Shown piece by piece: positions 54,113 to 64,000 of a stretch of 64,000 bases of DNA; the stretch's first letter is position 1; each line of letters opens with the position of its first letter. The position numbers and the translations under genes are program-made. The notes under the pieces were generated by a model. It was not told the origin of the DNA and made no database searches. It was given only the letters and a program-made list of their open reading frames with translations. Source of the stretch: Gammaproteobacteria bacterium (lineage in GTDB: Bacteria > Pseudomonadota > Gammaproteobacteria > Pseudomonadales > IMCC2047); contig JAJFKB010000015.1 of the NCBI GenBank assembly GCA_021773395.1, forward strand, positions 8,579 to 72,578, read 5' to 3'.

Positions 54113-55399
54113 ATGCATTTGTATAGGCGATATTGGGCGTTTTATTGGCCGTTAGCATTAACAGCCTGTATTCTGCTGTTTGGCATGCAGATTTTTAATG
54201 CCGTGCTGGCTCGTTATCCTGACGCCGAAAGAGAGCTGGCTGTTTTCGCTTACGCGACCAGTATCATCCAGTTTCTGGAAGTAGCCACTGCTTTTATGCC
54301 TCAGATGGTGATGGTATATGGACGCAGCGCTACGGCGAGATACAGGGTGTTGCGCTTTTGTATGCTGGCTGGACTGCTATTCTCCGGCTTTGCACTGTTT
54401 TTGGGTGGAACCTCCCTGGGCAGATCCTGGATTACTGCGGTCTATCAAGTTGAGGGTGAGTTGCTTGATGATATCTCCCTTTACCTGCTATGCCTTTTCC
54501 CGACCATACTGTTGAGAAGCTGTTTTCACTATTTTGCCGGTTTGCTCACGCAGAATGATCGGACACGCTGGGTTTCTGCGAGTGCCTTCATTGGTGTCGC
54601 TCTGGGAGTAATTTTCTGTCTTTATGGCTATTACTCGGGCTGGGAGGCGATACCGACACTGGTATCAGCACAGTTGAGTGCATCGCTGGGCATGCTTTTT
54701 TGTGCCGCACTGGCATATCGCTGCTACTATAAAGCGGAACTGGAGACAGGGTTTGAGGAACCTTCTTACAGCGACCTGTTTCGTTATTTTTGGCCTGTTA
54801 GCCTAACGGGCATGTCCTTTGGTTTGGGGCGTCCTTTAATCTATGCTTTTGTCAGTCGCACGCCCGATGCACTATTAACCATAGCGGCTCTGCGCGTGGG
54901 ACTGGATTTCTTTATGATTTCCCAGATGGCGCTAAATCAGTTTCGTAGTCTGATTCCTTCTTTGGGGCTGGATAACCTAAGGGAAAAACAACGGTTTATC
55001 GCCTATGTGACGACAGCCTTTACGCTGCTCATGGCGATCGTGATTTTTAGTCCGCTTGATCAGCTGGTGTTGCGGCAGTTGCTGGGGTTAAATGAGGTGC
55101 TTTATATCCAGGTGAAACAGACACTGGTGGTAGTGGTGGCAACGCCTGTAATACTGGCAGTTCGCAATTACTTTCATGGGATATTGCTAGTGCACAAGCG
55201 GACCAAGGGTATTGCCTTGGGTAGTGCCTGCCGCATTTTGACGATATTTGGTTGCTGTTGGCTGTTTTTGATGGCGGGCGTGTTAAACGGCTGGACGGCT
55301 CCACTATCCATGGTGCTGGCATTCTTCGTGGAAACGGCGGTGGTTTATTTTATGGCCCGTAAATTAAATAGTCCCTTAATGAATCATTCAGGCAGTTAA
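54113..55399 (+). CDS. 12-TM MOP-superfamily (MATE/ANKH-like) transporter
   Basis: Two homologous halves (FYWPLAL..LAR / YFWPVSL..VSR), about 12 TMs. Confidence 0.65.
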   Translation: MHLYRRYWAFYWPLALTACILLFGMQIFNAVLARYPDAERELAVFAYATSIIQFLEVATAFMPQMVMVYGRSATARYRVLRFCMLAGLLFSGFALFLGGTSLGRSWITAVYQVEGELLDDISLYLLCLFPTILLRSCFHYFAGLLTQNDRTRWVSASAFIGVALGVIFCLYGYYSGWEAIPTLVSAQLSASLGMLFCAALAYRCYYKAELETGFEEPSYSDLFRYFWPVSLTGMSFGLGRPLIYAFVSRTPDALLTIAALRVGLDFFMISQMALNQFRSLIPSLGLDNLREKQRFIAYVTTAFTLLMAIVIFSPLDQLVLRQLLGLNEVLYIQVKQTLVVVVATPVILAVRNYFHGILLVHKRTKGIALGSACRILTIFGCCWLFLMAGVLNGWTAPLSMVLAFFVETAVVYFMARKLNSPLMNHSGS

Positions 55400-55402
55400 T
55401 GA

Positions 55403-55849
55403 TTATTCTTTGCTGCCCTTGGAATCAAGTCGCTCATTCAACCGAATCAGGTTTTGTAAAATCTCCTGCAGCATTAGCACCACTGAATACACTAGAATGG
55501 CGGCAGAGGCTACAATCAGCCCGTGGATAGGGCGACTCGAGTAGGCCCAATAGCAGGCGCCAAATATCAGCACCCAAAAGGTAGCCGTACAGAGTATAAA
55601 AAAGTTTTGAGTGGCGGTACCTCTATTGTTTGGAGGGGCTGAAAGAACATATTCGGCAGATAGCTGCTCGGTACTCGTAGCTGAAGAGTCCTTTACTGAA
55701 GTGGATTGCTTAGCGGATTTATCAGTAGAGGATTTATCAGTAGAGGATCGTTCCGGGTCTTGCGTCTTGCGGTTTTTCCATAATACAAAGCCCAGTAATC
55801 CACCTGCTGCCGCTACGAGAATTATTCCAATGATCAGTAAGAGATTCAT
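55403..55849 (-). CDS. Hypothetical 3-TM membrane protein with Ser/Thr-rich loop
   Basis: Hydrophobic helices; SSTDK repeat. Confidence 0.65.
   Translation of the reverse strand: MNLLLIIGIILVAAAGGLLGFVLWKNRKTQDPERSSTDKSSTDKSAKQSTSVKDSSATSTEQLSAEYVLSAPPNNRGTATQNFFILCTATFWVLIFGACYWAYSSRPIHGLIVASAAILVYSVVLMLQEILQNLIRLNERLDSKGSKE
55715..55748. repeat. 15-bp in-frame tandem repeat (GGATTTATCAGTAGA x2.3)
   Basis: Seen directly. Confidence 0.85.
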
Positions 55850-56081
55850 CTGTCCGCTTCCTGCAGTAAAGAATGTTAGTCCAAAGTATGGTTTAGATAT
55901 CTGAAATTACAATGTATTTAGAGCTTTGCTAAAGGTTGAGATCGACGGTGTTACAAGGCGAAAAATGATGAAAAGCTGAGATTATTTCCATAAATGAACA
56001 TTTTGAGCCGGTATTATAACGTCTAGTTGTCGAGCACAGCCGTTAGGTAAAGCTCTCATTTTATAGCGCTTGGTCAGTTGT

Positions 56082-57290
56082 TTAATAGCCCGTCATTTCA
56101 AGATAACCCCGGCCAATCTGCCGAGTATCATTGGCATTGAAAACCTGCACTGATCCTTCCCAGTATTTAATGGCAACATCCATCCATTGGTTGGGAATTG
56201 CTGCTGCTACGATCCATTCTCTTTGCTGGGATTTGAATGATAACTTCCAGCGAATTGGATATTGTGCCCCGTTGGGCGCGGTCCACCATTGCAGTGGTTT
56301 AAGATCGATATCTTCTGGTGGAATATCGGTTTTAACACCTTTAGCGTCCACCCAGGTTCCCCGACTGCTGGTATGCGCAGAGCCATCAGGTTTACGCAAT
56401 TGGTAGAACATCAGTTCCTGGTTATTGTCGAGTTGTAACGAAAACCAGTCCCAGCCTACCTGATCTCTGGCAAGTAGACTGGTTCCCCATTCGCGATCGA
56501 GCCAGCTATCGCCGCTAACCTGGTATTGATAATTGTGAATTTGTATTTTTCCCTTGGTTTCCATGCGGGTAATTGAGTAATAGTAAGAGGCGTTACCCGG
56601 TTCAGGGCTTTTCTGACTGAGCCCATTATTGCCCTGTAATACCACCGGTTTCTTCGGTGCGACCTCAAGATCCAGAGAGAACTGATCGTTCTTAATATTC
56701 AGGTGCCAGGGGAAGTTGGGCCCATTACCAGTCAATTGCCAGTCATCCAGCCATACGCGAAAGGGGTCACTGCTATTGCCGGCCAGATCAGCCGCACCTC
56801 TTGAGAAACGTTCAGATTTAAGGTGTTTTCCCGATGTAATGTCTGTTATTGCCGCATGAGCCATCCATAGGTGGTTAGTTGCCCAACGTGACTTGCGATC
56901 AACGGATTCGGGTGATAACGCAATTCTGAAAAAAGTCACTTGGTATCCAAATTGCTGCTCTTTGTCAGATTGTAAATTCCCGGTTATATACCACCATTCA
57001 TTTTTGTATCCTGGGTGGGCTGAGTGGTCTTCGGGAAAGTGAAACGGCCGCACTACTTGAGCGCGTAAGTAGCCCTCAGTGTCGCTGTTACCCAGTGCGC
57101 GATAGAGACTGTTTGGTTCGGGTTTGGAATCGCAGGCACTTAGTAACAAGCCTGGCAACAAGCCTGGCAACAAGCCGAGCAGCAAGGCCAATACAGATTT
57201 GGTAAGCGATAGAGTTCGATGCAAGCAGTGCGGCCGGTTTGCTGTTTTAAATTCGGTCAAGGTGACCACTGGCTGCGTTTCATTGCGCAT
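56082..57290 (-). CDS. AttH/CrtC-like lipocalin-fold lipoprotein
   Basis: LSAC lipobox, FPEDH..H...EWWY, YYYS, WLDREW, GWDWFSLQ, YWEG, GYLEMTGY. Confidence 0.9.
   Translation of the reverse strand: MRNETQPVVTLTEFKTANRPHCLHRTLSLTKSVLALLLGLLPGLLPGLLLSACDSKPEPNSLYRALGNSDTEGYLRAQVVRPFHFPEDHSAHPGYKNEWWYITGNLQSDKEQQFGYQVTFFRIALSPESVDRKSRWATNHLWMAHAAITDITSGKHLKSERFSRGAADLAGNSSDPFRVWLDDWQLTGNGPNFPWHLNIKNDQFSLDLEVAPKKPVVLQGNNGLSQKSPEPGNASYYYSITRMETKGKIQIHNYQYQVSGDSWLDREWGTSLLARDQVGWDWFSLQLDNNQELMFYQLRKPDGSAHTSSRGTWVDAKGVKTDIPPEDIDLKPLQWWTAPNGAQYPIRWKLSFKSQQREWIVAAAIPNQWMDVAIKYWEGSVQVFNANDTRQIGRGYLEMTGY
57145..57176. repeat. 12-bp in-frame tandem repeat (AACAAGCCTGGC x2.7) in the signal peptide
   Basis: Encodes GLLPGLLPGLL. 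Confidence 0.85.
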
Positions 57291-57291
57291 A

Positions 57292-59844
57292 CTATTCTTC
57301 CCGCAGTGCCTGGGCGATGGTTAATTTAGCGCAATGACGGGAAGGGTAAATGCCGGCCAGCAAGGCAGCGATAATGGCTAATGTAAATCCTTCAATAATT
57401 ACCGATACGGGTATCTGTTGTTTCATACTCCAGCCAAATGAACGCAGGTTGATGATATCGATTAACAGGGTTGACATGAGATACCCCAGCGGAATGGCGA
57501 GTAACCCGGCGAAGGCGCCCATTAATCCAGTTTGAATGTAAATTATTCGCCTGACCTCCAGAGGTGTGGCGCCGGTAGCGCGTAACAGTGCAAACTCTGA
57601 GGTGCGTTCCAGTTGCAGCGCCATCAGAGCGCTCAATACGCCAATAAATGCGACGAGAATAGAGAGCATTCGTAGCACGTGAGTAATTGTAAAAGTACGA
57701 TCGAAAATAGCCAAAGATGCGTTGCGAATTTCACTGTTGGCTCTGACCTGGATAGTTTCCGCCGCCTGATAGCCTGGCTCGGTGCCCTGAAGGTAATCGC
57801 TCACCAGTTGCCGAATTTGATCAGTCCATTGTGTCGAATCGGCTTGTTTGGTTTTGTACAGTCCCAGTGCAGAAACATTCTGGTCTTGCCAATGCCGCTG
57901 ATAGAGGGACTGTGCCATGATAATTAGACCCTGACTGGAGGTGTAATCGTAAAAGATGCCCAAAACGGGAAAGGCTTTCTCACCATCAATGGTTTTAAGA
58001 GTGAGTTGGTCGCCGACGGTCAGGTTTCGATGAAAGGCTAGTGGTTCGGATATGAGCAAGCCTTTTTCCGCAAAAAAGGCTTTGCGAACGAGGGCGGCGT
58101 CCCCCTTTTTGAGGTTAAAGCCCCGGGTGTTGTCAGCGGCTTCAGATATTGCCATTAAGCGCAGCGTGCCCGATGAACTGTCAACTCGGGTGGTTCTGTT
58201 TTGCCAGATCGAGGAAACCTCAGGATGGCGCTGTATCTCCTCAATGAGAGCCTTGGGCAACCCGGGAGTACTTGAGTTGCCTGCGTACCCCTTGACGCTA
58301 ATATAAAGGTCACTGTTCAGCGATTGCTGAAGCCAACTATCGACACTGCTTCGAAAGCTGCCAATCATGATGCCCACACCTATGGTGGTTGCGACTGCGA
58401 TAGTCAGCGCAGTTACCGCCAGTCCAGTACGGCTGAGGCCGGACGTAACGCCTCTTAGGGCAAGGCGGAATACCAGGCTGTCTGGCAGCAGATTCATCAG
58501 ACCTTGCAGGAGCAATGAAAGTGCTTTCACGCACTGCGGTATGATAAGACTGAAACCTAGAACGGTCAGAGCCACGGCTACAAATCCAGCGGTGAGACTG
58601 GTGCCTAACCAATAGGCAAGAACGATTCCCAGTCCGCAGAGCAGGCATCCCAAAACGCCGAGTTTGGGCAGATTGCGTGCTATGCGTTGGTGCAAACTGG
58701 AACGTTGCTGTACGCTCACCGGCTCTGATCTTGCAGCCTCCAGTGCCGGAAGTAATGCTGCTACCAGGCTGGTGGCCAGGCCCAATATCGATCCTTTGAG
58801 CAGTGATCCCGGCGTTACCAGAAAGGAAGTGACCTGGATACTATAGTAAATGTCGTTGATGGTTCGAGTGACCAGTTGTACCAAACCCTGTCCCAGTAGA
58901 ATTCCAAATACAATGCCTGCCAGCGTGCCTATGAGGCCGAGAATTGCAGCTTCGCCCAATACCAGGGTAAATAGTTGTGCGCGGGTTACCCCTAGGGCTC
59001 TCAAGGTGCCGAGCATGGGGCGCCGCTGTAATACCATAAATGTGATAGTGTTATATATTAAAAAGCCGCCCACCAGTAATGCCAGCAAACTCATTGCGGC
59101 AAGATTGATATGAAAGGCCGCAGTCATCTGAGTGAGCGATTGATTGATCGCTTCGGATTTATGCAGCTCCATGTTAGCTGGCAGTCGGTCTATCAGCGCC
59201 TGCGGCACTTCATTCTCAAATATCAGGTTGATTCGATCCAGGCGGCCCGGTTGACCCAATAGCTCTTGAGCAACCGCTATATCAGCAAGAAAAACTCCCT
59301 GCGCAGCAAGTGGGCTGTCATTTGCAATCAGCGCCACTACCTGTACGCGGCTGGAAAGACTGTTATGTGTTACCTCCACCCAGTCACCAACTGACAGATT
59401 GAGTGCGGTGGCTGTGGACGCGGATAGGGCAACGCGATTGGGTTTTAAAAACAGATCAAGCCCTGATGGTTCTGATAAACCAATGCCACTATTGAAAATA
59501 CTGTTATCGGCCAGTGGGTCGATACCCAACAGCTGATACTGTCGACCTTTGACTAACAGTTGTCCCGATACGATAGGAGCGCTTTTTCTCAGCCCATACT
59601 GCGTGCGTAATTCAGTGTAGAAACTTTCTGCAATACCCTGTGCATCTCCCACAATAGAATGGGTAGCTTTGCCGGTTATCATCTGCAACGATAGGCTGAA
59701 AGAGCGTTTGGCGCTTTGGTTGGCCAGATCCACAGCAACTACCACCGCAACGCCCAGGGCGATTCCCAGTATGGTTAGCCAGGTTTGCCAGGGGTGTCGC
59801 CTAAGGTGCCGGAAACTGGTTTTCACCAACAGTGGCTTTACCAC
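57292..59844 (-). CDS. FtsX/MacB-like double permease (AttF/G-like)
   Basis: GIALGVAVVVA, QRRPMLGTLRALG, ERTSEFALLRATG. Confidence 0.9.
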   Translation of the reverse strand: MVKPLLVKTSFRHLRRHPWQTWLTILGIALGVAVVVAVDLANQSAKRSFSLSLQMITGKATHSIVGDAQGIAESFYTELRTQYGLRKSAPIVSGQLLVKGRQYQLLGIDPLADNSIFNSGIGLSEPSGLDLFLKPNRVALSASTATALNLSVGDWVEVTHNSLSSRVQVVALIANDSPLAAQGVFLADIAVAQELLGQPGRLDRINLIFENEVPQALIDRLPANMELHKSEAINQSLTQMTAAFHINLAAMSLLALLVGGFLIYNTITFMVLQRRPMLGTLRALGVTRAQLFTLVLGEAAILGLIGTLAGIVFGILLGQGLVQLVTRTINDIYYSIQVTSFLVTPGSLLKGSILGLATSLVAALLPALEAARSEPVSVQQRSSLHQRIARNLPKLGVLGCLLCGLGIVLAYWLGTSLTAGFVAVALTVLGFSLIIPQCVKALSLLLQGLMNLLPDSLVFRLALRGVTSGLSRTGLAVTALTIAVATTIGVGIMIGSFRSSVDSWLQQSLNSDLYISVKGYAGNSSTPGLPKALIEEIQRHPEVSSIWQNRTTRVDSSSGTLRLMAISEAADNTRGFNLKKGDAALVRKAFFAEKGLLISEPLAFHRNLTVGDQLTLKTIDGEKAFPVLGIFYDYTSSQGLIIMAQSLYQRHWQDQNVSALGLYKTKQADSTQWTDQIRQLVSDYLQGTEPGYQAAETIQVRANSEIRNASLAIFDRTFTITHVLRMLSILVAFIGVLSALMALQLERTSEFALLRATGATPLEVRRIIYIQTGLMGAFAGLLAIPLGYLMSTLLIDIINLRSFGWSMKQQIPVSVIIEGFTLAIIAALLAGIYPSRHCAKLTIAQALREE

Positions 59845-60548
59845 GCGAAATCGCCCACTCGTTCGGCTAACTGGCCTTGTTCCAAGGTGAGAATACGATG
59901 AGCGCTTTTTGCGACAGATTGGCTGTGCGTCACCAGGATAATAGTTAGGCCCTCTTGCCTGACCAGTTGGTTGAGCATTTGCATCACATCGCGACCAACC
60001 TGTGCGTCCAAGTTGCCGGTCGGTTCATCGGCCAGCAGCAGGCTGGGATGATGGGCGATCGCCCGTGCGATCGCGACCCGTTGCTGCTCTCCACCTGAGA
60101 GTTGGTCGGGGAAGCGCATGCCATAGTCCGCCAGCTCAACCTGCTTCAGCAGTCTGGCGACCCGTTGCTCCGTATCCTTCCTGCTCCAGCCGTTTAGCTC
60201 CAGGGGTAATGCTATGTTTTCCGCAACGCTCAAGGTGTTTACCAGATGGAATAACTGATAGATAAAACCGATATGTTTGCGACGATAGAGGGTTAAGTCT
60301 GGCTCTCGCAAGGTGCTGATTTCGTGGCCATCTATGCTGATGCTTCCGGATTGAGGTTTATCGATGCCGCTGATCAGGTTCAGCAAAGTAGATTTGCCTG
60401 AACCGCTTCGCCCAAGCAGTGCGACCGATTCTCCCTCTCGTACCGACAGATCGATACCGCCAAGAATTTCGCGATGCCGGGTGCCTTCGCTTATGCGATA
60501 ACGCAGGTTCTGAATATCCACCAGCGACTGTCCCATATTATCGTTCAT
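59838..60548 (-). CDS. LolD/MacB-type ABC ATPase
   Basis: GRSGSGKST, LSGGEQQRVAIARA, ADEPTGNLD, VTH. Confidence 0.95.
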   Translation of the reverse strand: MNDNMGQSLVDIQNLRYRISEGTRHREILGGIDLSVREGESVALLGRSGSGKSTLLNLISGIDKPQSGSISIDGHEISTLREPDLTLYRRKHIGFIYQLFHLVNTLSVAENIALPLELNGWSRKDTEQRVARLLKQVELADYGMRFPDQLSGGEQQRVAIARAIAHHPSLLLADEPTGNLDAQVGRDVMQMLNQLVRQEGLTIILVTHSQSVAKSAHRILTLEQGQLAERVGDFAW

Positions 60549-60862
60549 GCTCCTCTAATTTCAGTTACTGATAGAGTTACCGACAGAGTTACCGACCGCC
60601 CAATGGCAAATTCCGGCCTTACATCGACGCGTTCCTGATGTTAACAATAAAAGCACTGGGTCGGCATCTACTATGATAAATTTTCCAGCATAGATGATGG
60701 GGAAGGGCAGCCACTTCCAGCAAAATAGCGGACTCTGGTATCTGCTGAATTTCTGTGTAACTATGCGGTCTTTTTGCTGGGGTTCTATATTTTCCGGGGC
60801 TTATATTCGCTTGGGCCCTATATCCGCTGGGGCCCTGTAACAGGTACTAAGGTCAATACGTT

Positions 60863-61561
60863 TTGCTAAAACGATTATTAAAATTTGAACGAGGGCGATC
60901 ACCACTTCCGGATTATTTAAAGGTGATCAGACGCAAGGTGAAATGGGCGCGAATCAAAGTGCTTGTCGGCGGAGATGTGCATATGGTGGTGCCTAACGGC
61001 TACAAAGATGCGCAAATCCGCACGCTCTATCATAGTAAATCAGATTGGATTGAAAAAAAGCGAGCACAACTGTGTCGCTCTGCGGAAGATGTTTTGCAGA
61101 TTCAGGAGGGGCAGTTGCTACTGTTGGGTAGCGGCTATCAGGTGATATATGTGCCGCAGCAGCAGCAGGTAGAAGAAATAGATCATTGTGAACGCCTTAT
61201 TAGCACTTCTATTAATTTGCAGGATCGCGAACAACAGGAATGCTGGTACCGTGAATATGCCAGACGTTATCTCAACGAGCGTCTCCATAAGTTGGCTGGT
61301 GAGGCGGGTTATCAATTCAATCGTTTGTATATTCGCGGCCAGAAAACACGCTGGGGTTCCTGCAGTACGCTGGGGAATATCTCCTTGAACTGGAAGCTGG
61401 TCAAGGCACCGGTATTCGTCAGTGATTACGTGATTTACCATGAGCTGGTGCATACCCGGTTTATGAATCATGGTGCAGGCTTCTGGCTGGCAGTAGAGCA
61501 GTTGGTGCCAGACTTACAGGATGCCAAAGACTGGTTGCGCTATAACGGCCCCTACCTCTGA
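60863..61561 (+). CDS. YgjP/DUF45 zinc metallohydrolase
   Basis: KTRWGSCS, LNWKL, DYVIYHELVH, NHGAGFW. Confidence 0.9.
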   Translation: MLKRLLKFERGRSPLPDYLKVIRRKVKWARIKVLVGGDVHMVVPNGYKDAQIRTLYHSKSDWIEKKRAQLCRSAEDVLQIQEGQLLLLGSGYQVIYVPQQQQVEEIDHCERLISTSINLQDREQQECWYREYARRYLNERLHKLAGEAGYQFNRLYIRGQKTRWGSCSTLGNISLNWKLVKAPVFVSDYVIYHELVHTRFMNHGAGFWLAVEQLVPDLQDAKDWLRYNGPYL

Positions 61562-61643
61562 TTGCCGTACAGTACAATTCAGTGAAAATCTGCAAAATTA
61601 CTCTAGACTTAAGGGACAGTCTTTAATTGGGTGAGCCTCAGTT

Positions 61644-62789
61644 TTGTTTCGACTAATAAAAAATTTTGTCATTCTTGCCTTTTTTGTGCTGTCTACGGCA
61701 CTGGCCTACGCTATCTACTCGGGAGTCATTGATAAAGATTTCGTGATGGACTGGTTTCAGTCTCTGCGCGGATCGACAGTTGCTCCGCCGCAGGAGTCAT
61801 CGGGTACTGAACAACCAATCCCCGATCCGCAGCGTTTTTTCTCACAGCTGACCGAAGGTATGGAAGGTTTTCAACGGTTGGTAAACTGCGCGCCAACAAC
61901 AACCTTTGCGGTGGAAGAGGGAAGAAATACGCAGATATATCGTTGGAAAGACCAGGACGGACAACTTCATTTTAGTGACCAGGAGCCTGGTGAGTTACTC
62001 AATTCGGAGCAAATGGCGATACATTTTCCTGATCGTAAATCCTATTTTAAACTGGAATTAGTGCAGGATACCCGGCGTCAAACGCCCTTTGCACGGGATA
62101 GAATCAGTGCGGAAGTGCGACAGATTTATGGGATTATGGCAAAGGATCTGTCTTTGGATCACCTGCGGCAGGTGTCGCTCAAGGTGCGTATTATTGAAAC
62201 TCAAGAAGATTTTCAGGCATACAGGCAGCGAATTGCACCGCAGCTCAATACCAACACAGGTTTTTATAGCAGCGAGTATAATGAAGCGGTGGTTTTTCAG
62301 GGGACCAACCCAGATAGGATGCATGGGGTTATCCGTCATGAGGCGACCCATGTCATCGTTGCGGGTCTTTATGGTTATACGCCTGTCTGGTTCAATGAAG
62401 GGTTGGCTGAGTATTTTGAGCATATGGAAGTGCAGGGGCAGATGCGAACGGTATCTCCTGTGTTCCGGCACCTGGAAATATTGAGAGCCGGTCAGCAAAA
62501 TGGAACGCTAATGGATCTGCGGGACTTTATGCAGCTTAATCCACGGCAGTGGTACCAACAGAAACTTGATGAGAAATATGCATTGGCATGGTCGCTTATC
62601 TATTTCCTGCTCTCGGGCGAGCAGGGGGTGTCAGTACTGAAGGAAACCATGAATCAATTAGCCAAGCATTACTGTTGGAAGTTTTCGTCCGTTGAGTATC
62701 TTGAACAATTCTATCCGGGTGGCTTTGATGCCTTTGTTGCGAACTGGGAAGCCTGGTTGCTTACTGCACCTCAACCACACAGGTATTAA
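61644..62789 (+). CDS. DUF4124 + DUF1570-like zincin peptidase, membrane-anchored
   Basis: IYRWKDQDGQLHFSDQ; HEATH..WFNEGLAEYF; YALAWSLIYFL. Confidence 0.82.
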   Translation: MFRLIKNFVILAFFVLSTALAYAIYSGVIDKDFVMDWFQSLRGSTVAPPQESSGTEQPIPDPQRFFSQLTEGMEGFQRLVNCAPTTTFAVEEGRNTQIYRWKDQDGQLHFSDQEPGELLNSEQMAIHFPDRKSYFKLELVQDTRRQTPFARDRISAEVRQIYGIMAKDLSLDHLRQVSLKVRIIETQEDFQAYRQRIAPQLNTNTGFYSSEYNEAVVFQGTNPDRMHGVIRHEATHVIVAGLYGYTPVWFNEGLAEYFEHMEVQGQMRTVSPVFRHLEILRAGQQNGTLMDLRDFMQLNPRQWYQQKLDEKYALAWSLIYFLLSGEQGVSVLKETMNQLAKHYCWKFSSVEYLEQFYPGGFDAFVANWEAWLLTAPQPHRY

Positions 62790-63970
62790 TTACGACATGC
62801 CTCCAGCGCCTGATGCAGATCCGCAATAATATCATCCGCGTGTTCCAGTCCTACCGAGAGTCGAATTAACGAATCACTGATGCCAGCCTGGCGACGGGTT
62901 TCCGGATCGTAGCCCGAATGTGTCATCGATGCTGGATGCTGGATCAGCGTCTCGGCATCGCCCAGACTGACTGCACGCTTGCAGAGTTCCAGGGTATCCA
63001 TGAAGTGTACAGTATCAGAAAAACTACCATTTAGTTCAAAAGCAATCATTCCACCAGCTGCTTTCATTTGGCTGCCAACCAGTGAATAGCCCTGATGGGA
63101 AATCAATCCTGGAAAATAGACGACTTTGACTAAAGGCTCAGCTTCCAGGAATTCGGCAACCTGCTGGGCGTTTTCACAATGCCTTTCCATTCGTAAATGC
63201 AGGGTTTTAAGCCCGCGAATGACCAGCCAGGCGTCGTGAGGGCTAAGGATAGCACCCATATTTTTCAGGGTAGTCATTTTGATTTCGCTGATTAAAGACT
63301 CTTTTGCGCAGATGATCCCTGCAATCACATCACCATGGCCATTCAGATACTTAGTGGCACTATGAACAATAACGTCAATACCAAACGCAGCGGGTTGTTG
63401 AAGCGCTGGGGACATAAAGGTATTGTCGATGACGGTAGTGACACCGGTGGTTTGGCCGATTTTGGCTATCATGTTGAGATCAACACAGATCATATTTGGG
63501 TTGAGCGGTGTCTCGGCGTAAATAACCCGGGTGTTTTCCTGTAAAACATTACGGATGGCTGTTTCGTTGCAGATGTCGACAAAGGAAACCTCGATACCCA
63601 GGTCTTTGCATTTGTTTGAAAATAGCGCATAGGTGCAGCCATATAGCGCAGAGGAGGCGATCATATGATCACCTGATTTGAGTAACGCGAAAATGGTGGA
63701 TGAGACAGCACCCATACCCGAACCCGTCGCTGCGGCGTCTTCGGTTCCTTCCAGAATAGCCATGCGTCTTTCGAGTTCCCTTACTGTCGGGTTGCCCAGT
63801 CGACCGTAGATATAGCCTTGCTCGTCACCACTAAATCGCGCTCCTCCCTGGGCGGTTGATTCAAATACGTGCGTCGAGGTTTGATAGATAGGAGTGTTGA
63901 GCGCGCCAAACTGTTCGTCCAGAATTTTTCCAGCGTGAATGGTATTGGTTTCCAGGTTTTTCCACTTCAT
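62786..63970 (-). CDS. Methionine gamma-lyase (PLP trans-sulfuration family)
   Basis: PIYQTST, YGRLGNPT, LYGCT (Cys typical of MGL), DNTF, HSATKYLNGHGD, AVSLG, HPASMTH; ATG 63970 after GGAGAG. Confidence 0.9.
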   Translation of the reverse strand: MKWKNLETNTIHAGKILDEQFGALNTPIYQTSTHVFESTAQGGARFSGDEQGYIYGRLGNPTVRELERRMAILEGTEDAAATGSGMGAVSSTIFALLKSGDHMIASSALYGCTYALFSNKCKDLGIEVSFVDICNETAIRNVLQENTRVIYAETPLNPNMICVDLNMIAKIGQTTGVTTVIDNTFMSPALQQPAAFGIDVIVHSATKYLNGHGDVIAGIICAKESLISEIKMTTLKNMGAILSPHDAWLVIRGLKTLHLRMERHCENAQQVAEFLEAEPLVKVVYFPGLISHQGYSLVGSQMKAAGGMIAFELNGSFSDTVHFMDTLELCKRAVSLGDAETLIQHPASMTHSGYDPETRRQAGISDSLIRLSVGLEHADDIIADLHQALEACRN

Positions 63971-64000
63971 TTCTCTCTCCAGCACTTCATTTTTCTCTCC
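63961..64000 (-). repeat. 20-bp tandem duplication of the RBS and start codon of the methionine gamma-lyase gene
   Basis: GGAGAGAAAAATGAAGTGCT / GGAGAGAGAAATGAAGTGGA (17/20 identical). Confidence 0.85.

Noticed and set aside
56082-60548. Carotenoid biosynthesis (CrtC) or a novel secretion system
   Set aside because: Matches the widespread AttE-H-type MacB ABC plus lipocalin cassette; no crt genes nearby
60561-60840. CRISPR array
   Set aside because: Repeats are short, directly adjacent and have no spacers; no cas genes

Overview
Chromosomal window from a gammaproteobacterium, probably marine (inferred from the ccm-smc-zipA-ligA and wrbA-arsC-tlpA-acyP gene order). No rRNA, tRNA, CRISPR array or transposase was seen. 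The core content is ccmE(partial)/F/G/H/I, smc, zipA, ligA, wrbA, arsC, yaeQ, rapA, deaD, dinB, tpm, an iorAB-type molybdoenzyme, an exosortase H pair, two ABC systems and a methionine gamma-lyase. The most unusual part is an accessory-looking block at about 38.5-51.1 kb, starting at a 178-bp palindromic element after dinB. Its + strand carries a CASTOR/POLLUX-like channel, a Kv channel, an orphan Pycsar-effector (DUF5706/PycTM)-like protein and a lipoprotein. Converging on these from the - strand are DUF3307, a HisKA-like x2/REC/class III cyclase with Cya2-type guanylyl-cyclase residues, a single REC protein, a hybrid kinase and DUF2254. Other notable items are a MauG-type diheme enzyme inserted between ccmE and ccmF, a perfect FNR box with a matching -10, and a duplicated RBS/start that creates a 7-aa uORF coupled to the methionine gamma-lyase gene. 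All calls come from motif recognition only; no searches were run.
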